A model generated the notes under the pieces. That model was not told the origin of the DNA. It made no database searches and saw only the letters and a program-made list of their open reading frames with translations. This document shows positions 30,889 to 41,400 of a stretch of 64,000 nt of DNA, one piece after another. The stretch is from Waterburya sp. (GTDB lineage: Bacteria > Cyanobacteriota > Cyanobacteriia > Cyanobacteriales > Xenococcaceae). The DNA lies in NCBI GenBank assembly GCA_965217895.1, contig CBDCJV010000002.1, positions 3,840,001-3,904,000 on the forward strand, read 5' to 3'. The position numbers and the translations under genes are program-made. Position 1 is the first letter of the stretch. The number at the start of each line of letters is the position of its first letter.

Positions 30889-31338
30889 ATGGATTATACA
30901 AATGCTAGCTTGCTTTTAAAACGCCCTGTCACCGTCAAAGCAATAGTAACGGCTCAGTGGAAAGAAGAAGTAAATCAACAGTTACAACAGCAAGTAACTC
31001 AGCTAGACCAGCAAATGCAGCAGTTAGAAATGCAGGGCAGAAGAACAATTGAAGAGATTTCTAGGCAAGCCCAAGATCCTGCTAGCCTTCAGATGAAAAA
31101 ACAGGTAGAAAATATTCAGGGGCAAGTTAACCAAAAAAAAGCAGAGATGCTAGAAAAGAAAAATAACTTTTTGCAGCAGCTACAGCAGATTCAGCTATTA
31201 GATTTAGACCAAGAGGTAGTTCAAGCTCAAATGGAAAGCTTTTTCCGTCTAGAAAAAGGCGATAACCTAGTTAGAAAACTAAACGTAGAGGTAGTATTAC
31301 GAGATGGAGTAGTTGAAGACATTAGAGGCGAACTATAA
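30889..31338 (+). CDS. YlqD family protein
   Basis: LLKRPVTVKAIVT, Q-rich coiled coil and VEVVLRDGVVEDIRG. Confidence 0.85.
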   Translation: MDYTNASLLLKRPVTVKAIVTAQWKEEVNQQLQQQVTQLDQQMQQLEMQGRRTIEEISRQAQDPASLQMKKQVENIQGQVNQKKAEMLEKKNNFLQQLQQIQLLDLDQEVVQAQMESFFRLEKGDNLVRKLNVEVVLRDGVVEDIRGEL

Positions 31339-31518
31339 TAATTATCAATAAACAATGACCAAAAATGACCGACAGCCAACAAAACTTTTACTTCATAAAA
31401 CAAAATAAAGATAACAGTGAAAGCAGCCAGAAAATTAAACTTTCCTAAAGACTCTTGTTTTCAATAAACGATACCCTGAAAATTAAGAAAGAGAACTGGT
31501 ACGTATTGAGGAAGCAAG

Positions 31519-32511
31519 TTGAATAATAAAGCGATCGCCCGTCGCCCTGCTAGAGTTATATGTTTAGGGGAAATATTGTTTGATTGTCTTGCTGACGAGC
31601 TTGGAAAGTCGATGTCCGAAGTTACATCTTGGACTCCTTATCCAGGAGGCGCACCTGCTAATGTTGCCTGTGCCTTGACTAAATTGGGAACTCCTTCGGC
31701 TTTTGTTGGCTGCGTAGGCAAAGATACTCGGGGTGAAGAACTAGTTCAATTGCTTCAGTCTATAGGAGTTAATACTTCTGGCATTCAATATAGTGAGCAA
31801 GCTCCGACTCGGCAAGTATACGTCACTCGTACCGCTCAAGGCGATCGCACTTTTGCTGGCTTTGGCGACAAGAAACCAGATCGGTTTGCTGATGCCTATC
31901 TGCAAGCTCAACATTTACCTCCAGAGTTATTCTTGGAGGCTGAATATCTAGTTTTGGGTACTTTAGAGCTAGCTTATCCCCAGACTAGAGCAGCCGTATT
32001 TCGCGCCCTAGAATTGGCAGAAAAATATCACCTTAAGATTGTTTTGGATGTTAATTGGCGACCGATGTTTTGGCTAGATGAACAAGAGGCACTACCCTTA
32101 ATCAAAGAACTGTGGCAATATGTAGATTTTCTCAAGCTAGCCGAGGAAGAGGCACAGTGGTTATTTGACACGGCTGATGCAGGGGCAATTTCTGCTCGTC
32201 TTGACTCTGTTGAAGGGGTTTTAGTCAGCAATGGTGATGCTAAGGTTAGCTACTGTATCAGTGACAATGAAGGGACTGTAAAACCGATTAAGGTATCAGT
32301 AAAGGATACTACTGGGGCAGGAGATGCTTTTTTGGCAGGCTTGGTTCATCAATTGTGTTTGCAAGGTATGCAAAGGCTGAATAGCCCCAAGGTTGCTCAA
32401 AAAATTGTCCGCTATGCTTGTGCCGTTGGGGGCTTAACTACTACCAAATCTGGTGCGATCGCTGCCCAACCCACTGCCCAAGAAGTAGAAGCTTTTCTAC
32501 AAAAAATCTAG
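31519..32511 (+). CDS. PfkB family carbohydrate kinase (fructokinase-like)
   Basis: GGAPANVA, DVNWRP and DTTGAGDAF. Confidence 0.92.
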   Translation: MNNKAIARRPARVICLGEILFDCLADELGKSMSEVTSWTPYPGGAPANVACALTKLGTPSAFVGCVGKDTRGEELVQLLQSIGVNTSGIQYSEQAPTRQVYVTRTAQGDRTFAGFGDKKPDRFADAYLQAQHLPPELFLEAEYLVLGTLELAYPQTRAAVFRALELAEKYHLKIVLDVNWRPMFWLDEQEALPLIKELWQYVDFLKLAEEEAQWLFDTADAGAISARLDSVEGVLVSNGDAKVSYCISDNEGTVKPIKVSVKDTTGAGDAFLAGLVHQLCLQGMQRLNSPKVAQKIVRYACAVGGLTTTKSGAIAAQPTAQEVEAFLQKI

Positions 32512-32512
32512 C

Positions 32513-32908
32513 CTAGTCAACAGCTATCGAAGCCGTTTTTGAGCAAACAAAGGACTTGTCCGCATATAGCCCCTAAAGGGTTCAGCATCGGAAAGCATTC
32601 CCTTGCGCCTGACGGCGACGCGGAGTTTTTCCTCAGTTTGCTTATGCCGGAAAACCCTTTCGACACTTTGCTCGCCCTCGACAACCAAGGGGTACTCCCC
32701 GCAGGTACCTCAACTGGGGGAACCCCCTCAACGGTTTTGCGAAGCAGCGCGGTCTTGGGGGTTTCCCCCATGAGCGACTGCTGAGGGTGTCTCGCAACGG
32801 GTTATAGACCCGCAACGTAAGTGTCTCACCACCGCAACTGCTTCACCGCGTCGCCTCTACTGCGCGCCCTCGACAGTCGCTTTAATGGGTCACAGACCAT
32901 GGGGCTTA
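32513..32908. repeat. Dense nest of GC-rich hairpin micro-elements
   Basis: Contains GCATTCCCTTGCGCCTGACGGCGACGCGG, GCAGCGCGGTCTTGGGGGTTTCCCCCATGAGCGACTGC and segments shared with 2865-2959. Confidence 0.8.
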
Positions 32909-33156
32909 ATATTTGCTTGATTTAACCAAGTCTCTAAATTATCCATTGCTTGAAAATCGAGTAATGCTTCCCCCAAATTTTCCAACTGTTCTGAGGATAA
33001 ATTATTAAGGCGATCGCGTAACTCTTGAGACAATTCACCTACTTTTCGAGTTAATAAACGCAGGACGAGTGATCTCTCTCCTTCTTGTCTTCCCTCGTGT
33101 CTTCCCTCCTGTCTTCCCTCTCTGAGAATTTCCTGATAGATTACTGACTCGCGCAT
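32890..33156 (-). CDS. Putative intragenic small C-terminal protein (RpnS-like antitoxin), 88 aa
   Basis: In-frame ATG at 33156-33154 preceded by CAGGAGGGAGTT (GGAGG at 33166-33162). Confidence 0.55.
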   Translation of the reverse strand: MRESVIYQEILREGRQEGRHEGRQEGERSLVLRLLTRKVGELSQELRDRLNNLSSEQLENLGEALLDFQAMDNLETWLNQANIKPHGL

Positions 33157-33747
33157 AACTCCCTCCTGAAACAGCCGTTGTACCAGATCTTTATTATATT
33201 TTAATCCCGCTATAATTTGAGTATAAGTTGATATTTCCGCTTTTTTGGCAACCTCTAATTGGTCAATTCGCTCAACAACTCTTTGTAATAATTCTTGAGG
33301 CTGGGTTGCAGCAGCTAATGGTGCCAAAGGTAATAAGGCTGAATCATTAAGAAACAAGTCGGGATTTTCTTCCCAAAGTCGAATTACCCGATATTCGTGA
33401 CGAGTAGTTTCAACAGCAAAAGCCGTTTCGATGACGATTTCTGAGGATGGAGGAAGCAATAAGACTGCAACTTGAGTAATAGGTAAGCGATACAATCGAT
33501 ACAAACGCACCCAATAATCAAGCATTCGCAAAGGTAATGGTGGCGTTGATTGGAGTCGGGTTTGGAATTCTAGGTGTAAAATACGCTCCTCTAGCTGCAA
33601 GAAGGTAACGTAATCAGCGCGTACAGGTTCAATACTCAGTTCAGTTTTAAGAACTTCGACGTTTGTTTGGGGGGTTCCTAAAACCCAGCTAGCGAAATTA
33701 GCAGGATATTTTTCCGATAGCAGCTTGCAGAGATTGTCAAAAGACAT
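32890..33747 (-). CDS. Rpn family recombination-promoting nuclease / putative transposase with C-terminal DUF4351
   Basis: MSFDNLCKLL, TELSIEPVRAD, LHLEFQT (PD-(D/E)XK-like) and RMLDY; EGRQ repeats; LENLGEALLDF...LETWL. Confidence 0.88.
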   Translation of the reverse strand: MSFDNLCKLLSEKYPANFASWVLGTPQTNVEVLKTELSIEPVRADYVTFLQLEERILHLEFQTRLQSTPPLPLRMLDYWVRLYRLYRLPITQVAVLLLPPSSEIVIETAFAVETTRHEYRVIRLWEENPDLFLNDSALLPLAPLAAATQPQELLQRVVERIDQLEVAKKAEISTYTQIIAGLKYNKDLVQRLFQEGVMRESVIYQEILREGRQEGRHEGRQEGERSLVLRLLTRKVGELSQELRDRLNNLSSEQLENLGEALLDFQAMDNLETWLNQANIKPHGL

Positions 33748-33916
33748 TAAGAGTAGACAAAAATTAAGTTAAGTACAATTATTATCTCTTGCTGTTGGCT
33801 GAATAAGGCGATTACTCAAGCTGTAGCCGACTGATTCGACTTACTGAAACTCGATTTTTGAAGGCGATCGCATTTGGTTTCAGAGTTTAAAATAAAAAGA
33901 TATTTTCTATCTCGCG

Positions 33917-34906
33917 CTATAATCTTGTCGGTGCTGCTACGTGTAGTTTTTCGACTAATATTCTTTGTAGCCAATACTGCGCTAAAGCAATCAATCCCAG
34001 GCGAGCGATCGCTTTTTGCGGAATTTCCCGCTTTACCAATCCTAAAAAACGACACTCTATTAGAAAAACTTCGACTGTTTTAGCCAGATTGAAAGCTAAT
34101 TTAATCCAATCGTTTGCTTTTGCTTCAAAAGCATCGCTCACCATTAGCAACTGACGCAACAGGCTATATTCTGCTTCCTGATTGAACCATAAGTTTTGCT
34201 TTTCATCTAACCAAGGTATATCTAACTGCCAACCTACATGGCTCAAATTTTCGTCTTTGAGCACAATTAATCTTTCTCTTGTTCCTAATCTTAATAAAGA
34301 GCAACAGCGAGCATGAACATACTGTATTGAAAACAAATCTGCCGTAGTTTGCTCTAACTGATGGTCTTTTGGACTAATTAGCGAAAAATCTTTATTTATC
34401 TGCTCATTATTCAACAAAACCAATGATTCCTCTAGCCAACTAGCTAAACCTTGGTCTAGGTAAAAATTAATCCAACCAGAGTTAATTATTTCCACTTTTA
34501 ACTTCAAGCAGGATTTTGACACAAAATTATTTTGCTCAAAAATCAATAAATTCAACAAGTGTTCGGCAATTATTTGTGCAGGAAGTAAAAAGTAAGGAGC
34601 TAAGACAAAAGCAATAGAACAGCTATATACAATTGACGTTGGTTGTGGTTTTGAGAAAAATTGATCTCCCTGGCTTTTTGATAATAATTTCCTATGGGTA
34701 GGTTGGAAAAGAACAATTTTGCGCTCAAGGATGGTAGAAATAAATTTGAGATCGAGCTGTACTTTTGTTTGTTGCTGATATAAATCAAGAATTTGCAGTA
34801 GTTCTTGTTTTAATAACTTTTTGATTGAAATAGAAGTTTTTTCTTTTGTAAATCGAAGTTTAAAAAACTTATGTGAAAAAGTGTTTTTTGATACATTACT
34901 ATCCAT
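33917..34906 (-). CDS. Stand-alone arginyl-tRNA-synthetase-like protein (N-terminal fragment plus DALR domain, no catalytic core)
   Basis: YSCSIAF, SGWINF, IQYVHARCCSLLR and ARLGLI...LQRIL...APTRL; no HIGH or KMSKS. Start uncertain. Confidence 0.75.
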   Translation of the reverse strand: MDSNVSKNTFSHKFFKLRFTKEKTSISIKKLLKQELLQILDLYQQQTKVQLDLKFISTILERKIVLFQPTHRKLLSKSQGDQFFSKPQPTSIVYSCSIAFVLAPYFLLPAQIIAEHLLNLLIFEQNNFVSKSCLKLKVEIINSGWINFYLDQGLASWLEESLVLLNNEQINKDFSLISPKDHQLEQTTADLFSIQYVHARCCSLLRLGTRERLIVLKDENLSHVGWQLDIPWLDEKQNLWFNQEAEYSLLRQLLMVSDAFEAKANDWIKLAFNLAKTVEVFLIECRFLGLVKREIPQKAIARLGLIALAQYWLQRILVEKLHVAAPTRL

Positions 34907-34937
34907 GTAAAATCAAATATGCCTTAAATGTTCTACT

Positions 34938-35651
34938 TTGACTCCCACTATGGAATTTTCTGAACACTCGTCCGAGAAATCTTGTTCAAGTTTAGCTTGG
35001 CAAAATGTTGTTGACTGGGCGCAAACCCATTATCGCGATCGCATTTTTCGTAAAGACGAACAAATTCCTACCCGTCCACAATTAATTTACTTAGTTAACA
35101 AAGGTGCAGTACGTTTAATTAGTGAAATTCAAACTCAGCAGCATGAGAACAACTTGACTATAGGAGCATTAAAAACCAATTCTGAAGACTCAGAAGAAAC
35201 TTTTTTGGGTTTTGTTGGCGCGAAGAAACCCTTTGAAATTCTAACTCAATCTTCTTTTAAAGTTCATGCCTATGCTCATGTCGATCAGACTCAGGTTGCT
35301 TGGCTATATTGGCAAGATTTAGACAATTGGTCTGATTTTCGCCAAGAAATATACGAAGCTTTTCGCTATCAACATCAACGTAAGCTACTGTGGCTTAGTG
35401 CTTTGGGTCAAAGAAGAACCATAGATCGCCTAACTAGTTTTTTAACTTTGTTAGCAGAAGAATATGGTCATGGCAACGAGCAAAGCTACTGTTTACCTTA
35501 TACTCTCACCCATGCTCAAATCGGTAGTGCGATCGGCTCTACAAGGGTCACCGTAACTAGATTGATGGGTAAGTTACGTCGGCAAGGAATAATTTCAATC
35601 AAAAATGATAATTCTATTTGCGTCAATATTTTTAAAGTTCTAGAAAAATAG
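34938..35651 (+). CDS. devH: Crp/Fnr family transcriptional regulator, DevH-like
   Basis: WQNVVDWAQTHYR, FRYQHQRKLLWLSALGQRRTIDRL and LTHAQIGSAIGSTRVTVTRLMGKLR match DevH as I recall it. Confidence 0.8.
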   Translation: MTPTMEFSEHSSEKSCSSLAWQNVVDWAQTHYRDRIFRKDEQIPTRPQLIYLVNKGAVRLISEIQTQQHENNLTIGALKTNSEDSEETFLGFVGAKKPFEILTQSSFKVHAYAHVDQTQVAWLYWQDLDNWSDFRQEIYEAFRYQHQRKLLWLSALGQRRTIDRLTSFLTLLAEEYGHGNEQSYCLPYTLTHAQIGSAIGSTRVTVTRLMGKLRRQGIISIKNDNSICVNIFKVLEK

Positions 35652-35957
35652 TTTGACTTGAACGATATAAATTTTCCCTAATATTTCGTAATTTTTTATT
35701 CATAAAATTTATCAAAAAATAGACCAAATAATGACCCGATTAGAAGAAACTAATAAATTAAATTAGTGTAGATGTAAAAAATATCTTAAGATTGACAAGT
35801 AAGAAGTTTAACCGCAAAATGCGGTCAGCGCAGCCAAAGCCGTTTTACCCAATTAAATTAATTCTGTTAAGCGGAATAACTAGGGCAAGCGTCGGTGTAT
35901 CGCTGACTTTCTTAAAAACTTAATATTTGACACAGATATAAATTTAGGAGAATATAT

Positions 35958-37037
35958 ATGGCGCTCGTACCCATGCGTTTGCTTTTAGAACACGCGGCTG
36001 AGAATGGTTATGGTATTCCTGCATACAACGTTAATAACATGGAGCAAATCATCTCCATTATGGAAGCTGCTAACGAAGCTGATAGCCCTGTAATTTTACA
36101 GGCTTCTCGTGGCGCTCGCAAATATGCTGGAGAAAATTTTCTACGCCACTTAGTATTAGCAGCAGCCGAAAGCTATCCTCATCTTCCTATCGCTATGCAC
36201 CAAGATCACGGAAATAGCCCCGCGACTTGCTATTCTGCGATTCGCAATGGTTTTACTAGCGTCATGATGGATGGCTCTTTAGAAGCAGATGCCAAAACTC
36301 CTGCTAGTTTTGAATACAATGTCAATGTAACAGCAGAAGTAGTCAAAGTGGCTCACGCTGTAGGTGCTAGTGTTGAAGGCGAACTTGGTTGTTTAGGTTC
36401 ATTGGAAACTGGTAAAGGCGAAGCAGAAGACGGACATGGTTTTGAAGGTGCATTGAGTAAAGAACAGCTATTAACCGATCCTGATGAAGCTGTTGAATTC
36501 GTTGAACGCACTCAGGTAGATGCTTTGGCTGTTGCCATTGGTACTAGCCATGGTGCTTATAAGTTTACTCGCAAGCCTACTGGCGAAATTCTGGCTATTA
36601 GCAGAATTGAAGAAATTCACCGTCGTCTACCTAACGTTCATATAGTAATGCACGGTTCTTCTTCCGTACCTCAAGAGTGGATCGACATTATCAATGCCAA
36701 CGGTGGTAATATTCCTGAAACCTATGGTGTACCCGTAGAAGAAATTCAAAAAGGTATCAAGAGTGGTGTACGCAAAGTAAACATCGATACGGATAATCGT
36801 TTAGCAATTACTGCTGCTATTCGTGAAGCAGCTTTTAAAGATCCTGCCAACTTTGACCCCCGCCACTTCCTCAAGCCTTCTATTGCCTACATGAAAACTG
36901 TATGCCTCAGACGCTATGAAGCTTTTGGTACTGCTGGTAACGCTAGTAAAATTAAGCAGGTTTCTCTTGAAGATTACGCTGCTAAATACGCTAAAGGCGA
37001 ATTGTCTAGCAGTAATAAAAAAGCTGTTTCCGTTTAG
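35958..37037 (+). CDS. fba: Fructose-bisphosphate aldolase class II (Calvin-cycle subtype)
   Basis: [32 protein letters not shown] and [17 protein letters not shown]. Confidence 0.97.
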   Translation: MALVPMRLLLEHAAENGYGIPAYNVNNMEQIISIMEAANEADSPVILQASRGARKYAGENFLRHLVLAAAESYPHLPIAMHQDHGNSPATCYSAIRNGFTSVMMDGSLEADAKTPASFEYNVNVTAEVVKVAHAVGASVEGELGCLGSLETGKGEAEDGHGFEGALSKEQLLTDPDEAVEFVERTQVDALAVAIGTSHGAYKFTRKPTGEILAISRIEEIHRRLPNVHIVMHGSSSVPQEWIDIINANGGNIPETYGVPVEEIQKGIKSGVRKVNIDTDNRLAITAAIREAAFKDPANFDPRHFLKPSIAYMKTVCLRRYEAFGTAGNASKIKQVSLEDYAAKYAKGELSSSNKKAVSV

Positions 37038-37082
37038 ATTTAGAGTTAGACGAATAGATAATCTAAATTTAATTTGAAGCAG

Positions 37083-37116
37083 AATGAGTAGCTATAAATA
37101 GCTACTCATTTTTTTT
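37083..37116 (+). terminator. Intrinsic terminator of fba
   Basis: AATGAGTAGCTA-TAAA-TAGCTACTCATT followed by a T-tract. Confidence 0.8.
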
Positions 37117-37305
37117 GTTTAGACATAAATAGTCTATGGTTGTTTATTTTTACCTTTTATACCAAATTAAATGGTATTTACTACAGATAGATCGTAAAGG
37201 CGAATGACCCTTCGGGTAAGGTAGAGCGGTCTTACACAAAGAAAATTATTTCATCCAACTTCCTTATAATCATCTGATGGTAAAAAAATAAGTGATCGGA
37301 CAAAC

Positions 37306-37671
37306 TTAAACCCAAACATCATTTTTAGCTGTAAGCTCACCACCAGTATCACCCGTATTTATTACTCCACTAGGCTCAACAACCATTATTTTGCATTCAT
37401 CTTCTGCAAATGGTTTGTGTTCTTTTCCCTTGGGAACAATGAACATTTCACCTGATGATAGAGTCACTTTACCGTCTCTAAACTCAATGCCTAAATTACC
37501 TTCAATGACGATAAATACCTCATCTGTATCAGGATGATTGTGCCAAACAAATTCACCTTTGACTTTGACTAGCTTAAACTGATATTCGTTCATTTCAGCA
37601 ACAACTTTAGGCGACCAATGCTCAGTAAACCTCGATAGCTTTTCATTGAAATTAATGGAATTATAATTCAT
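37306..37671 (-). CDS. Cupin domain protein
   Basis: [15 protein letters not shown] and [14 protein letters not shown] cupin motifs. Confidence 0.9.
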   Translation of the reverse strand: MNYNSINFNEKLSRFTEHWSPKVVAEMNEYQFKLVKVKGEFVWHNHPDTDEVFIVIEGNLGIEFRDGKVTLSSGEMFIVPKGKEHKPFAEDECKIMVVEPSGVINTGDTGGELTAKNDVWV

Positions 37672-37708
37672 GTGTATGATTTTCCATGCGTTTGGAATTT
37701 ACTTGCTT

Positions 37709-38131
37709 TTAAGCCGTTGCTGCTGCTTCTTTTTTTGCCGATCTTTGTGTTCCTAGCTGAATCAATTCAATTTTGTAGCCGTCGGGATCTTCAACAAAGG
37801 CAATTACGGTGCTACCGTGTTTCATTGGCCCTGGTTCTCGGCTAACTTTACCGCCTTGAGCTTTAATGCGATCGCAAGTACCATATATATCATCCACGCC
37901 TAAAGCTATGTGTCCATAGCCCTTGCCCAGGTCATATTCTTCTACGCCCCAGTTATAGGTAAGTTCAATGACGGCGTTGTCTTTTTCTTCGCCATAGCCT
38001 ACAAACGCTAGAGTAAATTCTCCTCCTGGGTAGTCTTTACGTCGCAAAAGCTTCATGCCCAGAATATCGCAATAAAACTTAATAGATTTGTCTAAATCTC
38101 CTACCCTGAGCATTGTGTGTAGCATACGCAT
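37709..38131 (-). CDS. gloA: Lactoylglutathione lyase (glyoxalase I)
   Basis: [29 protein letters not shown] and [13 protein letters not shown]. Confidence 0.96.
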   Translation of the reverse strand: MRMLHTMLRVGDLDKSIKFYCDILGMKLLRRKDYPGGEFTLAFVGYGEEKDNAVIELTYNWGVEEYDLGKGYGHIALGVDDIYGTCDRIKAQGGKVSREPGPMKHGSTVIAFVEDPDGYKIELIQLGTQRSAKKEAAATA

Positions 38132-38269
38132 ATTTTTAATTCTCCTTTTTAATTAAGTAAGCTATTTATTTACATTGCTCGTGGAACAATAGTTCAGTCC
38201 ACGTAATATAAAACTATCTAAAATTTGGCGATCGTGGCAAAAATCTTTCTATAGGAGGAAGTGAATATC

Positions 38270-38372
38270 TATAGCCGTACAAAATTAGATTAGGACATAA
38301 AAACTATCGGTTCGTAAGTAGCAAGTAGCAAGTAGCAATTAAATAAATTGTCCTAACGTTTATTACGCTATA
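38270..38372. mobile_element. Probable short MITE with TA ends and an internal heptamer array
   Basis: TATAGCCGTA...TTAGGACA / TGTCCTAA...TACGCTATA; internal (AAGTAGC)x3. Confidence 0.55.
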
Positions 38373-38454
38373 TCAATAAAATTATTTTATTGTTCTTCTT
38401 GTTACTTATTTGTATTTCTGGTGTCGTAGCTATACCAGCATTTAAAATTAAAGA

Positions 38455-41400
38455 ATGACTAAATCTATTAACCAACCCCCTAATCCTGAACCCGAAAAGC
38501 CAAATCCTGTGAAGCGATTAATAAGTAAATTAAAATCATCCCCAAAAACAGTAGCAACAGGGGCAGTTGCGATCGCAGCTTTGGGTAGTTTAGGCTATTG
38601 GGGGACGCAGGTGTTAGTTAAAAAGAAATTACCGCCGTTTTTAGAGAGTCAAATTGGTAAGTTTATTCAACGCCCCATTGACTTAGGTGAAGTTAAGGGT
38701 TTTTCTTTGGGTGGAATTGAATTTGGTAAGACGGTTATTCCTGCTACTGCTAGCGATCCTGACAAAGTAGAAGTAGACGGGGTTAAGGTGGGATTTAATA
38801 TCTTTCCTGTTTTATTTCGCCGTACCTTGCCTATCGACGTGGCTTTAATTCACCCTAATATTTATTTGGAACAAGAAAAGGATGGGCAATGGATTAATCT
38901 AGATTTTCTCAAAAATGATAAGAAGAAAAAAGAGCCGTTAGTATATTTTGATGTCGATCTAGATGTTGATCAAGCCGACATTACCGCCGTACCTTATGAG
39001 CAAAATCCTCTTAAGGCGGAGGTAGACGGTACAGGTAGATTTAATCAAAAGCAAGAATTTCTTTCCTATGATTTAGATGCAGGAATAGAAAAGGCAAAAG
39101 CGACTATACAAGGGGAAACAAAGTTAAAAACTCTCACAACCGATACAAAGCTGCTGGTTAAAGATTTGGCTTTAGCTGATGTCGCTACTTTATTGCCTAA
39201 TTCCCCTGTGAAACTTAACAGTGGTTTACTTAATGCCAACTTAGATATTAATATTCCTTCCTGGAAAGAGATTAATACTGCCAACATCAAGGGAATGGTT
39301 AATCTGCAAAATGTGGCAGGGAAAGCTACGAATTTAAATGCCCCTGTTTCAGCAGAATCTGAACTAAACTTTAGCGGACGTAATGCCGATGTTAAGCAAA
39401 CTCAGGCTAGTCTGGGTGATATTACTGCCCAGGTAGGAGGAAAGGTTAACTTAGATAGTGGCTATAACTTGAACCTAAATGTCTTGCCGTTTCAGTTAGC
39501 TAGTATACCTAATAATCTTATTAAACAAGTACCCGTCGATTTGGCAGGAGAAGTAGAGGCACAGCTTAAAGTGCGGGGTGCGATTAAAGATCCTCAACTG
39601 AGGGGAAATATTAATAATACTCAACCTGTAAGGATAGATAAAACTTCCTTTAAACAAATAAATGCTGACTTCCAGGCTAATCTAGATAAGGTTGTTCTAA
39701 ACAATGTACAGATAAATCCTGTGGCGGGAGGGAACGTTACCGCTAAAGGCACGATTGAAACAAATCTAAGGCAGGCTTTAGAGAATAAGAAGGCTATAGA
39801 TGCAGTTAAAATGCCTCTGGATTTTACTTTTCAGGCAGATTTACCCACTCAAAAACTAGTTACACCCTATTACCAATTTCCTCAACAGGTTGCTGTAGGT
39901 AATCTTAAGGCAAAAGGGCAGGTAAACGGCACGGTAAATAATCCCAATGCTCTAGTTAACTGGAGTATACCCCAAGCCAGTGCTAATAATTTAGAGGATA
40001 TTGCAGGATCGGGAGAACTAGCTTTTGCTGACAATAAATTATCTCTGCGGGATACGGAAATTACTTATGGTGATGGTAAAGCGGATGTAGAAGCGGACGC
40101 TAATTTAGATAATAAGCAGTGGCAAGCCAATTTAGATGCCAACTCTCTGAATTTAACGCCTTTTCTGGCACAGGTTAAGAACCCTAACCTGAACTTAAAT
40201 CGTCCTGTGGCGGTTAATACTGCCAAAGCTAATCTTAATGGTAGATTAGATCGGCTTGATGTAGAAAAGATTAACGGTACTGCTGACTTGAACTTAAATG
40301 TTGACGGTGGCGATGTTGTGGTCAATAGTCAGCTAAATTCGGGTAACGTCAAAGCAAAAGCAGTTACTAATAATATCCAGCTAGATCGTTTTGTGACTAG
40401 TTTACCCGTTGCTGCCTCTTTGCAATCAGGGACAGTAAATGCCTCTGGTAAATTGAAACAGCTACTGGCATTTAAAGATAACCCTAGTTTAAATAGTGTT
40501 AAAGCCGATGCGGATCTAAATTTAAGTGTTGATGGTGAAGCGGTAGCGGTTAATAGTCAAATAGATTCAGGTAGAGTTCAGGCAAATGCTAACACCAGCC
40601 AGATCGACTTAAACCGTATTGTGCCTAATTTACCAGTTCCCGCCAACATTCGATCTAGTCAGGTGAGGGCTTCTGGAGAACTAAAACAGCTATTAACCTT
40701 TGCCAAAAATCCCGACTTAAGTACTGTTGATGCCCGTGTCGATGCGGATTTAGGGGTGGCAGATGGTACGGTAAAAGCGATCGCCAGTCTTCAAAACAAT
40801 CAGTGGCAGGCAAACGTCAACGCGACAAACGTTAATTCTCAATTACTGATAAATGAATTTGCCCCCGATAAGTTTGCTTCAGTAAAACTAGATAACCTAA
40901 ATGCCCAGGCGGATTTGTCAGGAGATATTAAGCCTGTACTAAATAAAAATATTAATGTTCCTGTGGCAATAAACAACTTTACCGCTAATTCTGGCGCGCA
41001 AAATATTGATGCTAAGGGTAATTTAACTCTCTCAAACGTTACCAGTAATTTAGACATTGCCAAGACTAACCTTGATGTTGTAGCTAACCTTGACTTTGAC
41101 CAGTTACCTATCGATCGGGTAATTGCTGCTGCTAGCCAAGATGATCGGTTGATTGCTGAAAACGTCAATATTGCGGGAAAAGCCACTTTTAACGGACAAT
41201 TTCAAGGTAAACAGCTAATTTCTGCCCCTAGCGATCCAGGCAATATTAATTTAACAGGAGATTTACAGTTACAGAATTTCGCCTTTAACGATATTGCCTT
41301 CGATCCTGTCATGGCGGGTACAGTTAATGTTCAGACAGGCAAGGAAATTGCTCTTAATCTTAAAGGAGAACAGGATGTAATTGCTGCTAATGCTGTTCCC

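Noticed and set aside
32517..32784. Overlapping 84-aa and 81-aa ORFs on opposite strands
   Set aside because: By-product of the stop-poor GC-rich palindromic mosaic.
31519..38131. Fructokinase-fba-gloA as a sugar/methylglyoxal operon
   Set aside because: Genes are interrupted by unrelated ORFs, lie on different strands and are separated by a terminator.
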